Below are positions 15,970 through 24,457 of a stretch of 32,000 bases of DNA, piece by piece. The position numbers and the translations under genes were made by a program. Numbering within the stretch: the first letter of the stretch is position 1; each line of letters starts with the position of its first letter. This DNA comes from Microcystis aeruginosa NIES-843. Lineage in GTDB: Bacteria > Cyanobacteriota > Cyanobacteriia > Cyanobacteriales > Microcystaceae. The notes beneath the pieces are model-generated. The model worked only from the letters and a program-made list of their open reading frames with translations, searched no databases and was not told where the DNA came from. The DNA lies in contig NC_010296.1 in assembly GCF_000010625.1 (NCBI RefSeq), forward strand, positions 4,380,001-4,412,000, written 5' to 3'.

Positions 15970-16281
15970 TTAATAGCTGCGGAATTGCTCTACTTCTTCG
16001 GTGTAGCGAATGGGCAGCACGTATTCGAGGTTTTCGTGGGGACGAGCGATGATATGGGTAGATAGCACTTGTCCTCCGTTAACCCGGTTGGCGTTTTCCA
16101 CTCCGGCAGCCACAGAAGCTTGCACTTCTGAAACGTCTCCCCGGACGATGACAGTGACGCGACCACTACCGATCTTTTCGTAACCCACTAGAGTCACCCT
16201 GGCGGCTTTGACCATGGCATCGGCCGCTTCCACAACGGCGGGAAATCCTAGGGTTTCAATCATTCCTACTGCAATTGGCAT
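15970..16281 (-). CDS. ccmK2: Carboxysome shell hexamer protein (CcmK2-type)
   Basis: 103 aa. [54 protein letters not shown]. First gene of the ccm cluster. The K2 label rests on length and order. Confidence 0.88.
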   Translation of the reverse strand: MPIAVGMIETLGFPAVVEAADAMVKAARVTLVGYEKIGSGRVTVIVRGDVSEVQASVAAGVENANRVNGGQVLSTHIIARPHENLEYVLPIRYTEEVEQFRSY

Positions 16282-16796
16282 TTTTTTGTTCCTCGCTTGT
16301 CAAGCCAAACTAAACTATTAATTTTGTTAGCGTTATCAATTTTGTTTCAGTCAAATTCTTTCCTTGTTACTTTTCCTGCTCTAGCTCTGGTGGCAGTCGG
16401 GATCGTGGCAAGGTGGGTAAGACCATCCTGAATTTTATCTCGATCGTGACCGTTTTCATCCACTAATTTTATTTTCTAGGGCCGGTTGGTAAAAATTTGA
16501 CGAGTCAGGCAAAATTATCAACCTAAAAAAAGCATAGGAAACTATGACACCTTTGACAATATAAAACATTATGATTATTTCTCATCTTCAGGTTAACGAA
16601 AGTTAATCATTCCTTGACTTCGCCCATCAGCCTCAGCAATTCTCAGGATATCTACAGCTAAAACCTTTGCTATGAGCCGATTTCCGCTTTAAGTTTTCTC
16701 TTGGCGGCTTGCTTGTCTCTGCTGGATTTATTGGCAGATAAAAGCCTATTTTCCCTGATTTCGGCTTTTTTATAATTTTTTTATACTATATACGGC

Positions 16797-16901
16797 TGGG
16801 GTGGGGGAGTGGGGAGAAGGGGAGCCTTTTTCAGTGATCAGTAAACAGTGAACAGTAATCAGTGAACTGAAAACTCACATCTGATCACTGATCACTGATT
16901 C
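16797..16901. repeat. Composite G-run plus heptamer repeat module with inverted arms
   Basis: GGGGTGGGGGAGTGGGGAGAAGGGGAG (16797-16824) has four or more G4 runs. It is followed by CAGTGAT-CAGTAAA-CAGTGAA-CAGTAAT-CAGTGAA (16832-16866). The inverted copies TGATCACTGATCACTGA (about 16881-16898) can pair with the first arm. Confidence 0.85.
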
Positions 16902-17185
16902 TAGCGATCGATCTCACCTTCGTAGGGTTGGACACCGATCGAGGGATAATTATCGTGGTTAGGACTGAAAACTTCTAACACTGCATGAGCTAACTTTTGG
17001 AAAAAGTCGGGACTCTCGTGCAAGGATTTGAGTGCCGCTTCTAATTCAGGAAGGGAGAAATCGAAGCCTTGCGAGCGAGCTATCTCTAGTAATTGCTGAG
17101 GATCTTGGGTTGAGCGCATTTTTTGACCCAATTCTTCGTTTTTAGCGGCTAAGGCGAAAAAGTCGAACACTTGATTTTTAGACAT
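16901..17185 (-). CDS. Nif11-domain-like small protein
   Basis: 94 aa. MSKNQVFDFFALAAKNEELGQKMRSTQDPQQLLEIARSQGFDFSLPELEAAL resembles the Nif11 N-terminal domain. No GG cleavage motif and no maturation enzymes nearby. Confidence 0.6.
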   Translation of the reverse strand: MSKNQVFDFFALAAKNEELGQKMRSTQDPQQLLEIARSQGFDFSLPELEAALKSLHESPDFFQKLAHAVLEVFSPNHDNYPSIGVQPYEGEIDR

Positions 17186-17339
17186 ATAAATACTTTTCCT
17201 TTGATGATTAAAGGTGTGGCCTCGGCGGCGTGGAGGTTAAACTGCCTAGTATGGTTCATTTTTATCCTACCAGTCAGGAGATATCCTCAAAGCAAAAGTT
17301 TCGTTTTTCTTTGCTTGTATGGCTGAGTATGCTTTTTCT

Positions 17340-17462
17340 GGGGTGTGGGGTGTGGGGTGTGGGGTGTGGGGTGTGGGGTGTGGGGTGTGGGGTGTGGGGT
17401 GTGGGGTGTGGGGTGTGGGGTGTGGGGTGTGGGGTGTGGGGTGTGGGGTGTGGGGTGTGGGG
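17340..17462. repeat. Perfect tandem heptamer (GGGGTGT) x17 plus terminal GGGG
   Basis: An uninterrupted 7-nt period runs from 17340 to 17458, then GGGG (17459-17462). That gives 18 G4 runs separated by TGT. The three track ORFs crossing it translate to GVWGVGC or PHTPHPT repeats. Confidence 0.97.
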
Positions 17463-17480
17463 ACAATAAATAAAAATAAT

Positions 17481-17536
17481 CTCCTGAATCCTGACTCCTG
17501 AATCCCGACTCCTGAATCCTGCCGACCGCCGACCGC
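17481..17536. repeat. Tandem 14-mer x3 followed by 7-mer x2
   Basis: CTCCTGAATCCTGA / CTCCTGAATCCCGA / CTCCTGAATCCTGC (17481-17522), then CGACCGC x2 (17523-17536). Lies 18 nt after the G-rich array and about 68 nt upstream of miaB. Confidence 0.9.
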
Positions 17537-17603
17537 TTCTTTCAAGTCAGAGAATAAATAGCCTAAAATAGAAACCTGCACTCTTGTTTCTGTAGCCAGC
17601 ATC

Positions 17604-18944
17604 ATGAATAAGTCCCCACGTCGTTACCATATCACCACCTTTGGTTGTCAGATGAATAAAGCTGACTCCGAACGCATGGCGGGTATTTTAGAAGATTTGG
17701 GGTTTCAATGGTCTGAGGATGCCAACGAAGCCGATTTAATCCTCTACAATACCTGTACAATTCGCGATAATGCCGAACAGAAGGTGTATTCCTATCTCGG
17801 TAGACAGGCTAAACGCAAACAAACTCAACCCGATCTTACTTTAATTGTCGCTGGCTGCGTGGCCCAACAGGAAGGGGAACAATTATTAAGACGGGTTCCC
17901 GAAGTGGATTTAATTATCGGTCCCCAACACGCAAACCGCTTGGGAGACTTATTACAACAAGTTTTTGACGGTTCCCAGGTGGTGGCCACCGAACCCATCC
18001 ACATCATGGAAGATATCACCAAACCGCGCCGGGATAGTAATATTACCGCTTGGGTGAACGTCATCTATGGTTGCAATGAACGCTGTACCTATTGTGTGGT
18101 TCCGGGGGTGCGCGGGGTGGAACAATCTCGCACTCCTGCGGCAATTCGAGCAGAAATGGCACAATTAGGACAACAGGGTTATCAAGAAATCACCCTTTTA
18201 GGTCAAAATATCGATGCCTACGGACGGGATTTACCCGGAGTGACGGCAAGCGGCCGACATCTGCACAATTTTACCGATTTACTCTACTACGTTCACGATG
18301 TGGCCGGCATTGAACGTCTCCGTTTTGCCACCAGTCACCCCCGCTATTTTACCGAACGTTTGATTAAAGCTTGTCAGGAATTACCTAAAGTTTGTGAACA
18401 TTTTCATATCCCTTTTCAATCGGGGGATAATGATATCCTCAAGGCCATGAAACGGGGCTATACTCAGGAAAAATACCGACAAATTATTGCTAATATTCGC
18501 GATTTAATGCCGGATGCTGCCATTAGTGCCGATGCGATTGTCGGATTCCCCGGAGAAACAGAGGCACAGTTCGAGAATACTTTAAAATTAGTCGATGAGA
18601 TTGGTTTTGATCAATTAAATACGGCGGCCTATTCTCCCCGTCCCGGAACTCCTGCCGCTATTTGGGATGATCAATTAAGTGAGCAGGTAAAAAGCGATCG
18701 CTTACAAAGATTAAATCATTTAGTGGCCACAAAAGCCGCTGAACGTTCCCAAAGATATTTAGGCAGAATTGAGGAAATTTTAGTGGAAGACGTTAACCCT
18801 AAAGATGCTAGTCAAGTTATGGGAAGAACTAGAGGCAATCGCTTAACTTTCTTTACGGGAGATATTGAGGAATTGCGAGGCAAATTTGTTAAGGTTAAAA
18901 TTACCGAAGTCCGTCCCTTTAGTTTGACGGGAGTGATCTTTTAA
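17604..18944 (+). CDS. miaB: tRNA-i6A37 methylthiotransferase MiaB (radical SAM)
   Basis: 446 aa. N-terminal [20 protein letters not shown], the radical-SAM cluster motif [12 protein letters not shown], and a C-terminal TRAM-like region. Confidence 0.93.
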   Translation: MNKSPRRYHITTFGCQMNKADSERMAGILEDLGFQWSEDANEADLILYNTCTIRDNAEQKVYSYLGRQAKRKQTQPDLTLIVAGCVAQQEGEQLLRRVPEVDLIIGPQHANRLGDLLQQVFDGSQVVATEPIHIMEDITKPRRDSNITAWVNVIYGCNERCTYCVVPGVRGVEQSRTPAAIRAEMAQLGQQGYQEITLLGQNIDAYGRDLPGVTASGRHLHNFTDLLYYVHDVAGIERLRFATSHPRYFTERLIKACQELPKVCEHFHIPFQSGDNDILKAMKRGYTQEKYRQIIANIRDLMPDAAISADAIVGFPGETEAQFENTLKLVDEIGFDQLNTAAYSPRPGTPAAIWDDQLSEQVKSDRLQRLNHLVATKAAERSQRYLGRIEEILVEDVNPKDASQVMGRTRGNRLTFFTGDIEELRGKFVKVKITEVRPFSLTGVIF

Positions 18945-19008
18945 TAGTTCACAGTGACCCCTCAGCAGTGAAAAAAGGCAATAGCTATCGGGAATAATTG
19001 GGTACTTT

Positions 19009-19395
19009 ATGGATATTATCGCTATTTTGCAGCAAGATTATCAAAGATTTCCCCTCGATCAAACCTATGACATTTATGCTGATAACGTTTATTTTCAAGA
19101 CCCTCTCAATCAATTTCGGGGGATTAAACGCTATCGGGAAATGATTGGTTTTATGAGTCAATGGTTCCAAGCTATCAAGATGGATGTCCACGCAATTGAA
19201 CAGCAGGGAAATATTATTAATACCCGTTGGACATTGCACTGGATAACTCCTTTACCTTGGCGGCCTCGTATCGCTATTTCTGGACGCAGTGAATTAACTC
19301 TCGATGACAATAATCTGATTATTTCTCATATCGATTATTGGGATTGTTCGCGCTGGGATGTGCTGCGTCAGCATTTACCTTTTCCCGGTTCTTAA
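19009..19395 (+). CDS. DUF2358-like (NTF2-fold) conserved protein
   Basis: 128 aa. YADNVYFQDPLNQFRGIKRYREMIGF...WDCSRWDV matches the cyanobacterial/plant DUF2358 pattern as I recall it. Confidence 0.6.
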   Translation: MDIIAILQQDYQRFPLDQTYDIYADNVYFQDPLNQFRGIKRYREMIGFMSQWFQAIKMDVHAIEQQGNIINTRWTLHWITPLPWRPRIAISGRSELTLDDNNLIISHIDYWDCSRWDVLRQHLPFPGS

Positions 19396-19404
19396 CTAGA
19401 TTTT

Positions 19405-20817
19405 TTAACCAGAAAATGCCGACCAACGAGCGCTCGTTTGCTTGACAAAATCCTGTAAAAATGCTAGGCGCTGATTTTGTTCCCAGACCTGTTTAACTTT
19501 ATCCTGCAAACTCGTCCAATTCCAATCATTATTCAGTTGCTCGTTAATTTCCTGTTCTTGGAAATATTCAACTAAACTTAAACCAGCTAAACGAGTTAGA
19601 TAGGCTGCTCCAATTCCCTGCACTGTACCACCGGCAATATAAGTAATCGCATTTCCCTTGAGAATCGTTCCCAATGCCTGGGTTGTCACCTCTACCATGC
19701 CCAATTGTACCATCATTTTCCCCAGGGTAGTCATGGCTGTTTTTGCTTGTTCGAGGGACATTTTTTGTTGATAAATTGCCCCTAAATCCACTAACATTTG
19801 AGCGTTAGTGGCTGCCGCTAAAACTAAATCTAGGGCTGCGAGAGGATTAGCAAAAGTGGCAGTAGCGGCTATCCATTGGTATTGTTCGATAACAGGTAAA
19901 GCCTTTTTGCGTCGGGATTGATTAAGTAATTGTTTGGTTTCCTTGACTAATTCGAGCGCTTGTCTCCAGATAGTTCCCAGAACTAATTCGGACTTTTCTT
20001 GTTCGATAATTTGTCGGAGATGATTGTCTAAAGGAGCGATAACCACGGTTTGGGGTTCCGTCCATTCCTTGATTTCTCCATTGCTTTGATGTTGACGAAC
20101 TTTTAGGGGTTCGGGGGCAGCGGCTATGGCTAAAATATGATGAGCAGGAATAGTTTCTTTCAGTCTTTGTTTTAGGGAAAGGAGTATTTCTTCTCTGGTT
20201 TCGGCGGGTAAGCGATCCTGTTTATTCAGTAACAGGATAACACGCTGGTGCATTCGATCGAATTGCTGGAGGATTTGCCATTCGGAATCGGTTAAATCCC
20301 CATTGATCAGATACAAAACTAAGTCGGCTGCTAGGGACTTTTTCTGGTTAGCGGTGGAATCGAAAGTTAGAAGCGGTTCCGTTTCCAGAAAAGCGATAGA
20401 TTCCCCAAAGTTGCCGCTTTCTAGTAGTTTTTTTAAGGCAGTTTTACCAGTTTTTCTCGCACCGGTAATGGCAATTTTCAGGTCTTGGCGACTAAATTCT
20501 TGGTTTAATTGGGTTAAAGTGGTTTTCAGTGGGGTTAAGTCTTGATGGGGGTCTTCTTTGGCCAGATAATTAATTATCTTCTCGGCCTTGCTAATCCCTT
20601 GTTTAACCTTTTCTAGACTCAGGGGAGTGGGGGGGGGAAAATCTATTTTCGAGTTGGGTTTTTGCCAAAACCAGATACCGGCACCAAGAGCAATCGCACC
20701 GAAAATACCCCAGGAACCAATTTCGCTCAGTGTACTATTGAGACTTTCCCCCAGGGTGAAAGCGATGGTAATGCCTATCCCCGTCACTAAAATCGGTTTA
20801 CCCAATCTTACCGTCAT
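19405..20817 (-). CDS. GTP-binding protein with C-terminal DUF697-like membrane-associated domain
   Basis: 470 aa. N-terminal hydrophobic segments, P-loop ITGARKTGKTAL, NKxD motif LLNKQD, and a C-terminal region typical of DUF697 proteins. Confidence 0.7.
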   Translation of the reverse strand: MTVRLGKPILVTGIGITIAFTLGESLNSTLSEIGSWGIFGAIALGAGIWFWQKPNSKIDFPPPTPLSLEKVKQGISKAEKIINYLAKEDPHQDLTPLKTTLTQLNQEFSRQDLKIAITGARKTGKTALKKLLESGNFGESIAFLETEPLLTFDSTANQKKSLAADLVLYLINGDLTDSEWQILQQFDRMHQRVILLLNKQDRLPAETREEILLSLKQRLKETIPAHHILAIAAAPEPLKVRQHQSNGEIKEWTEPQTVVIAPLDNHLRQIIEQEKSELVLGTIWRQALELVKETKQLLNQSRRKKALPVIEQYQWIAATATFANPLAALDLVLAAATNAQMLVDLGAIYQQKMSLEQAKTAMTTLGKMMVQLGMVEVTTQALGTILKGNAITYIAGGTVQGIGAAYLTRLAGLSLVEYFQEQEINEQLNNDWNWTSLQDKVKQVWEQNQRLAFLQDFVKQTSARWSAFSG

Positions 20818-20906
20818 TTTTCCTCATCCTCGCCAACTGCTCTGATTATTCTAGCTTTTTTGTGCTGGATTTCATCCCAAACTGAACTTTTTAGCCGACA
20901 ATTCCC

Positions 20907-21131
20907 GGGAGCATCCCAATTTTGCCATAAGTATAAATGCTTAGAGACTAAAAACGTTAGCTAAGGCAAAATAAAGAGAAACAATTAAACGGTAGAATCA
21001 TGAATACAGACCAAAAAGAACAACTAGATCAACATTTAAAAGCCATTGCTCAAATTCTAGTCGATAATACCCCAGAAGAACAACTATACTTTGCACGGCT
21101 ACAACTTGCATTTTTTACTCAAGGACAATAA
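20907..21131 (+). pseudogene. Left end of an unclassified IS (GGGAGCATC... terminus) with the first ~35-43 codons of its transposase
   Basis: The terminus GGGAGCATCCCAATTTTGCCATAAGTATAAATGCTTAGAG (20907-) is homologous to the ends at 3999, 25266 and 25447. The ATG at 21000 opens MNTDQKEQLDQHLKAIAQILVDNTPEEQL.... This runs into IS630 sequence and stops at 21131. Confidence 0.55.
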
Positions 21132-22280
21132 TATAGTTTAAGAGTCATAATTAGAAGCAAAGCACTCATTAAAAACATGATTAACCTAGAATTCACGGAA
21201 GAAGAAAAGAACTCACTGTATTATGAAAGATTTCATCATCCCCATCCCCGGGTTCAACTGAAGATGGAAGTTCTCTGGTTAAAAAGCCAAAAGATACCGC
21301 ACCAAAAAATTTGTCAGTTAGCAGGAATCTCGCCAAATACCTTATTAACCTATCTTCGAGATTATCAAGAGGGCGGAATAGAAAAATTAAAAGAAATCAA
21401 CTTCTATCGCCCTAAAAGTGAATTAGAGTCTCAAAGAGAAACGCTCAAAAAATATTTCGAGAAAAATCCACCAGCCACAATAAATGAAGCTGTATATAGA
21501 AGAGAAGAATTGACAGGAATAAAACGAAGTCCTACCCAAGTGAGAAAATTCTTAAAATCCTTGGGAATGAAATGTTTAAAAATAGGTTCTCTTCCTTCTA
21601 AAGCTGACCCAGATGAACAAGAAGAATACAAAGAAAAAAAGCTAGAACCCAGACTAAATGAGGCTAAAGAAGGAAAAAGGGCTGTTTTTTTTGTTGATGC
21701 CGCTCACTTCGTCATGGGAGCATTTCTCGGTTTTGTTTGGTGTTTTGAGAGACTTTTTGTTAAGTCACCGAGCGGGCGTAAACGCTTCAATGTTTTAGGA
21801 GCATTAAATGCAATAACTCATGAAGTTATTCTGGTTACGAATGACACTTATATTACGGCAACTCAAGTCTGTGAACTCCGGTCAAAAATAGCTGCTTTAG
21901 GACTAATGATTCCCATCACTCTAGTCTTAGATAATGCCCGCTATCAAAAATGTAAAATTGTTGAAGAATTAGCTCTTTCTTTGTCAATAGAACTGCTCTA
22001 TCTGCCGTCTTATTCACCTAATCTAAATTTAATTGAAAGGCTGTGGAAATTTGTCAAAAAGAAATGTTTATATGGTAAATATTATGAAAACTTTTCTGAC
22101 TTTTCTTCAGCCATTTATGAATGTTTGAATGATGCCCATTTGAAACATAAAAAAGAACTGGATTCCTTGCTGACTCTACGATTTCAGAAGTTTAATAAAT
22201 CTCAGATTATGAACGTCTAAAGTATAACCTTTAGCTATTCTTGTTCAACGTCACAGTTATCAATGTGTGCAAGACATTGG
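21100..22280 (+). mobile_element. IS630-family element (boundaries approximate)
   Basis: Contains an intact IS630-type transposase. Imperfect TTGCAC-containing ends lie near 21104 and 22271. The right limit must be before the PEP-CTERM gene stop at 22287. Exact IRs and a TA duplication were not resolved. Confidence 0.5.
21177..22220 (+). CDS. IS630-family DDE transposase
   Basis: 347 aa. An N-terminal HTH region, then the catalytic blocks FFVDAAH, LVLDNARYQK and YSPNLNLIERLWKFVKK. Confidence 0.88.
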   Translation: MINLEFTEEEKNSLYYERFHHPHPRVQLKMEVLWLKSQKIPHQKICQLAGISPNTLLTYLRDYQEGGIEKLKEINFYRPKSELESQRETLKKYFEKNPPATINEAVYRREELTGIKRSPTQVRKFLKSLGMKCLKIGSLPSKADPDEQEEYKEKKLEPRLNEAKEGKRAVFFVDAAHFVMGAFLGFVWCFERLFVKSPSGRKRFNVLGALNAITHEVILVTNDTYITATQVCELRSKIAALGLMIPITLVLDNARYQKCKIVEELALSLSIELLYLPSYSPNLNLIERLWKFVKKKCLYGKYYENFSDFSSAIYECLNDAHLKHKKELDSLLTLRFQKFNKSQIMNV

Positions 22281-22286
22281 TAACTG

Positions 22287-23024
22287 TTATTTTTGTTTCT
22301 TGAAGCGGGAAACCATTCCTAAACCACCCACTGCCAGAAGTCCGAGGATAGTACCCGGTTCGGGGACTCTGGGACCACATAAACATGGGGATGTGAAGTT
22401 GTTAGTGGAAGATTGCAGCAGAGACATGCCACCGTTGCTGATGACCCCATATGTATCGATCACTTTGATGCCTTGAACCATGGCACTCGCAAGACTGCCC
22501 GTGTCCTCAGAGCCGTTTATGGATTCTAGGGTTAGAAGCGAAGTACCTCCCAGGGTTTTAATCTCCTTGGTAGCCTTATACGTCCCCCCCATTCCAGATA
22601 CATCTGTATCGAATGAAACAGAGTCGAAATACACCGTGGGGTCGGCAGTAGCGACTTGGTAGTGCAATTGACCTTGATCACGACCCAGGCCCGCTGGACG
22701 GTATTGTACAGTCCAAACACCGCCAATCAAGAGGAATTTTAGGTTATCGCCGGCAGCAACATCGGCAACAACGCTGAAATCGGAGAACACTTTGTCGCCT
22801 AGCGTAACGGAATGATAGTCCATACCGCCAATAGAAAGACCATACCCTGGCCCAGCAATGTCGACAAGCTTAGCATCGACCATACCCCGGCCCATTGGAT
22901 CGAGTGGAGCGGTAAAATTGGCAGCTTGAGCAGGAGCGGCGATAGCGGTGGCGATACCGAGGGTGGCTACACCAGAAAGGATTTTGGTTAATTTGTTGGT
23001 TGTCAACATAACTGAATTATGCAT
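22287..23024 (-). CDS. PEP-CTERM sorting-domain secreted protein
   Basis: 245 aa. Signal-peptide-like N-terminus ...GVATLGIATAIAAPAQA. C-terminus VPEPGTILGLLAVGGLGMVSRFKKQK has the PEP motif, a TM helix and a basic tail. The start could also be the ATG at 23009. Confidence 0.8.
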   Translation of the reverse strand: MHNSVMLTTNKLTKILSGVATLGIATAIAAPAQAANFTAPLDPMGRGMVDAKLVDIAGPGYGLSIGGMDYHSVTLGDKVFSDFSVVADVAAGDNLKFLLIGGVWTVQYRPAGLGRDQGQLHYQVATADPTVYFDSVSFDTDVSGMGGTYKATKEIKTLGGTSLLTLESINGSEDTGSLASAMVQGIKVIDTYGVISNGGMSLLQSSTNNFTSPCLCGPRVPEPGTILGLLAVGGLGMVSRFKKQK

Positions 23025-23456
23025 CGTTAATTGTGTGTACTATAGCCATCAAAAGAAGTTAAGCAAGCGTTAAGCTCGCTGATAACTTCTTTTGCGACTT
23101 GAAAGAATTATAGCAAAACTTTTCAAAAAAAACAAGTGTTTTAGAATAGGGTGAGCCCATCTCAAACGCTATTGACCATTGACCAATTTGGTCATCCCCC
23201 TGCTGTGTGGGCATTTCAAGCGATACCAGTCAATTAAAACAGTTAGGAACTCTTAACATTTGGTCGATTTTTGCTTAACAATTGAGATGGCAAATTCTCC
23301 TCAAATATGCCTGAATCACCCTCTGGGTAAGCAACTCACATAAATCAAGTTCATTTTGTTAAGGATTGTTAAGATGCGCTTCGCTTACCCTGTGTTTTAG
23401 AAAATTATGGCTCTTCGGGACTTGGTATGGTTCGATAGGGGGGCATAAATCGACTC

Positions 23457-23600
23457 AATCCTTATCTGGCAAGAGATTTAATTGATTAGTTCGCTCTAGA
23501 TCAAAAACAATTGACAAAAATCGCCAAATGTCTTTCTCTATAAGAGTTTCATTCCTTATAATCCTGTACGTTGCATAAGACAAACCGAAGAACCAAATTT
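23457..23600 (+). repeat. 144-bp dispersed repeat, copy B
   Basis: Same orientation and roughly 90 percent identity to 6723-6867. The flanks are unrelated. Confidence 0.85.
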
Positions 23601-23746
23601 TTCGGCAATATTTATCTATTTTTTGTCCAATTTATAGCAGTTTTTATTGAAGATAACTACCCAAAACTTGACAAATATACCCAAGATATTTGGTGAAAGT
23701 TGGACAAATAAACAGGCTCTAGTTCAAAAAAAAAATCTCTCAATTC

Positions 23747-23776
23747 TTTACAAAACTTAATCAAGAGAGGTACAAT
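23747..23776 (+). promoter_or_regulatory. Candidate sigma70-type promoter facing the ORF-free structured segment
   Basis: TTTACA (23747-23752), an 18-nt spacer, then TACAAT (23771-23776). The predicted TSS is about 23783, a few nt before the first hairpin at 23790. Confidence 0.45.
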
Positions 23777-23782
23777 GTATAA

Positions 23783-24415
23783 AACTTAACAGTTTTGACA
23801 GTCAAAACTGGAGTTCGATGGCAATCAACTCCCTAACGGGGAAAACCGGAGAAAGGCAATTCATCCCTACATTGACATACTCCACGCCGTAAACGGACGT
23901 GGATTCTTCTAGCATCACTGCTGTGAATTTCTGGCTCAACGAGTCCACTTGAATTAGATTCCTGGCGAAATCCCACCCAGAGGTGGTTCTCTCCTCAGAC
24001 TTTCGCGACCTTACAGAAGCCTGTTCTCGGTGGCCCCTACGATACAGTTCAAAACCTCTAAAATACTTGGTTTCTCTGGTACTTGACGCTTAGAGCTTTT
24101 ACCTATAGGAGCATTCCCCTAGAGAACCCCATAACTCTGGTTTTCAAGGTGCGTTCATCCGGCGATGACTGGGTTTTTTAAGCGGTTGCTTACCCGGCCC
24201 CCTATTCTTAACCCACATTCCGCACCCTAAGTGTCACAACGTCTCAAAAGAGGAAGGGGCGTGAGTCAAAATACTTATCTAGAGGAGTGAGTTGGCGGCA
24301 AGCTGCCGGCAACTAAGCCGAAAATTTCAGAGTTCCCCCGGTCATTCTCAATAAACAGTGCTTGTTGAGAATGGCTGGGCAATCAGACTTAACATCTAGC
24401 GTCGAGATGTTCGAG
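23783..24415 (+). ncRNA. Candidate large structured RNA, class unknown
   Basis: No ORF of 60 aa or more in any frame across 23025-24457, and stops are frequent in all six frames. The segment is less AT-rich than the surrounding spacer and dense in hairpins (see finding). Several helices contain G-U pairs that exist only in the plus sense. No Rfam family recognised by eye. Confidence 0.35.
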
Positions 24416-24457
24416 TAGTGCTTAAGTTTTGTCACCCCTTGAAGTCAATCCATCTGG

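Noticed and set aside
17230-17605. Track ORFs 17230..17469, 17319..17501 (plus) and 17267..17605 (minus), which encode GVWGVGC or PHTPHPT repeat peptides. A possible CRISPR-like array was also considered.
   Set aside because: They are translations of the perfect 7-nt tandem repeat. The ORFs have no start context and no conservation logic. The array has a 7-nt unit with no spacers, so it is not CRISPR.
23783-24415. Identification of the structured ORF-free segment as RNase P RNA, tmRNA, a group II intron, a hammerhead or a TnpB/IscB guide RNA.
   Set aside because: - No GAGGAAAGTCC or ACAGAACCCGGCTTA-type blocks (RNase P).
- No GGGG...GGTTTCGAC 5' end or tRNA-like CCA-proximal 3' end (tmRNA).
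- No 34-nt domain V hairpin, and GUGCG occurs only by chance.
- A CUGAGGA site lacks the matching GAAA core.
- No tnpB, iscB, cas or RT gene nearby.

The class is therefore left unknown.
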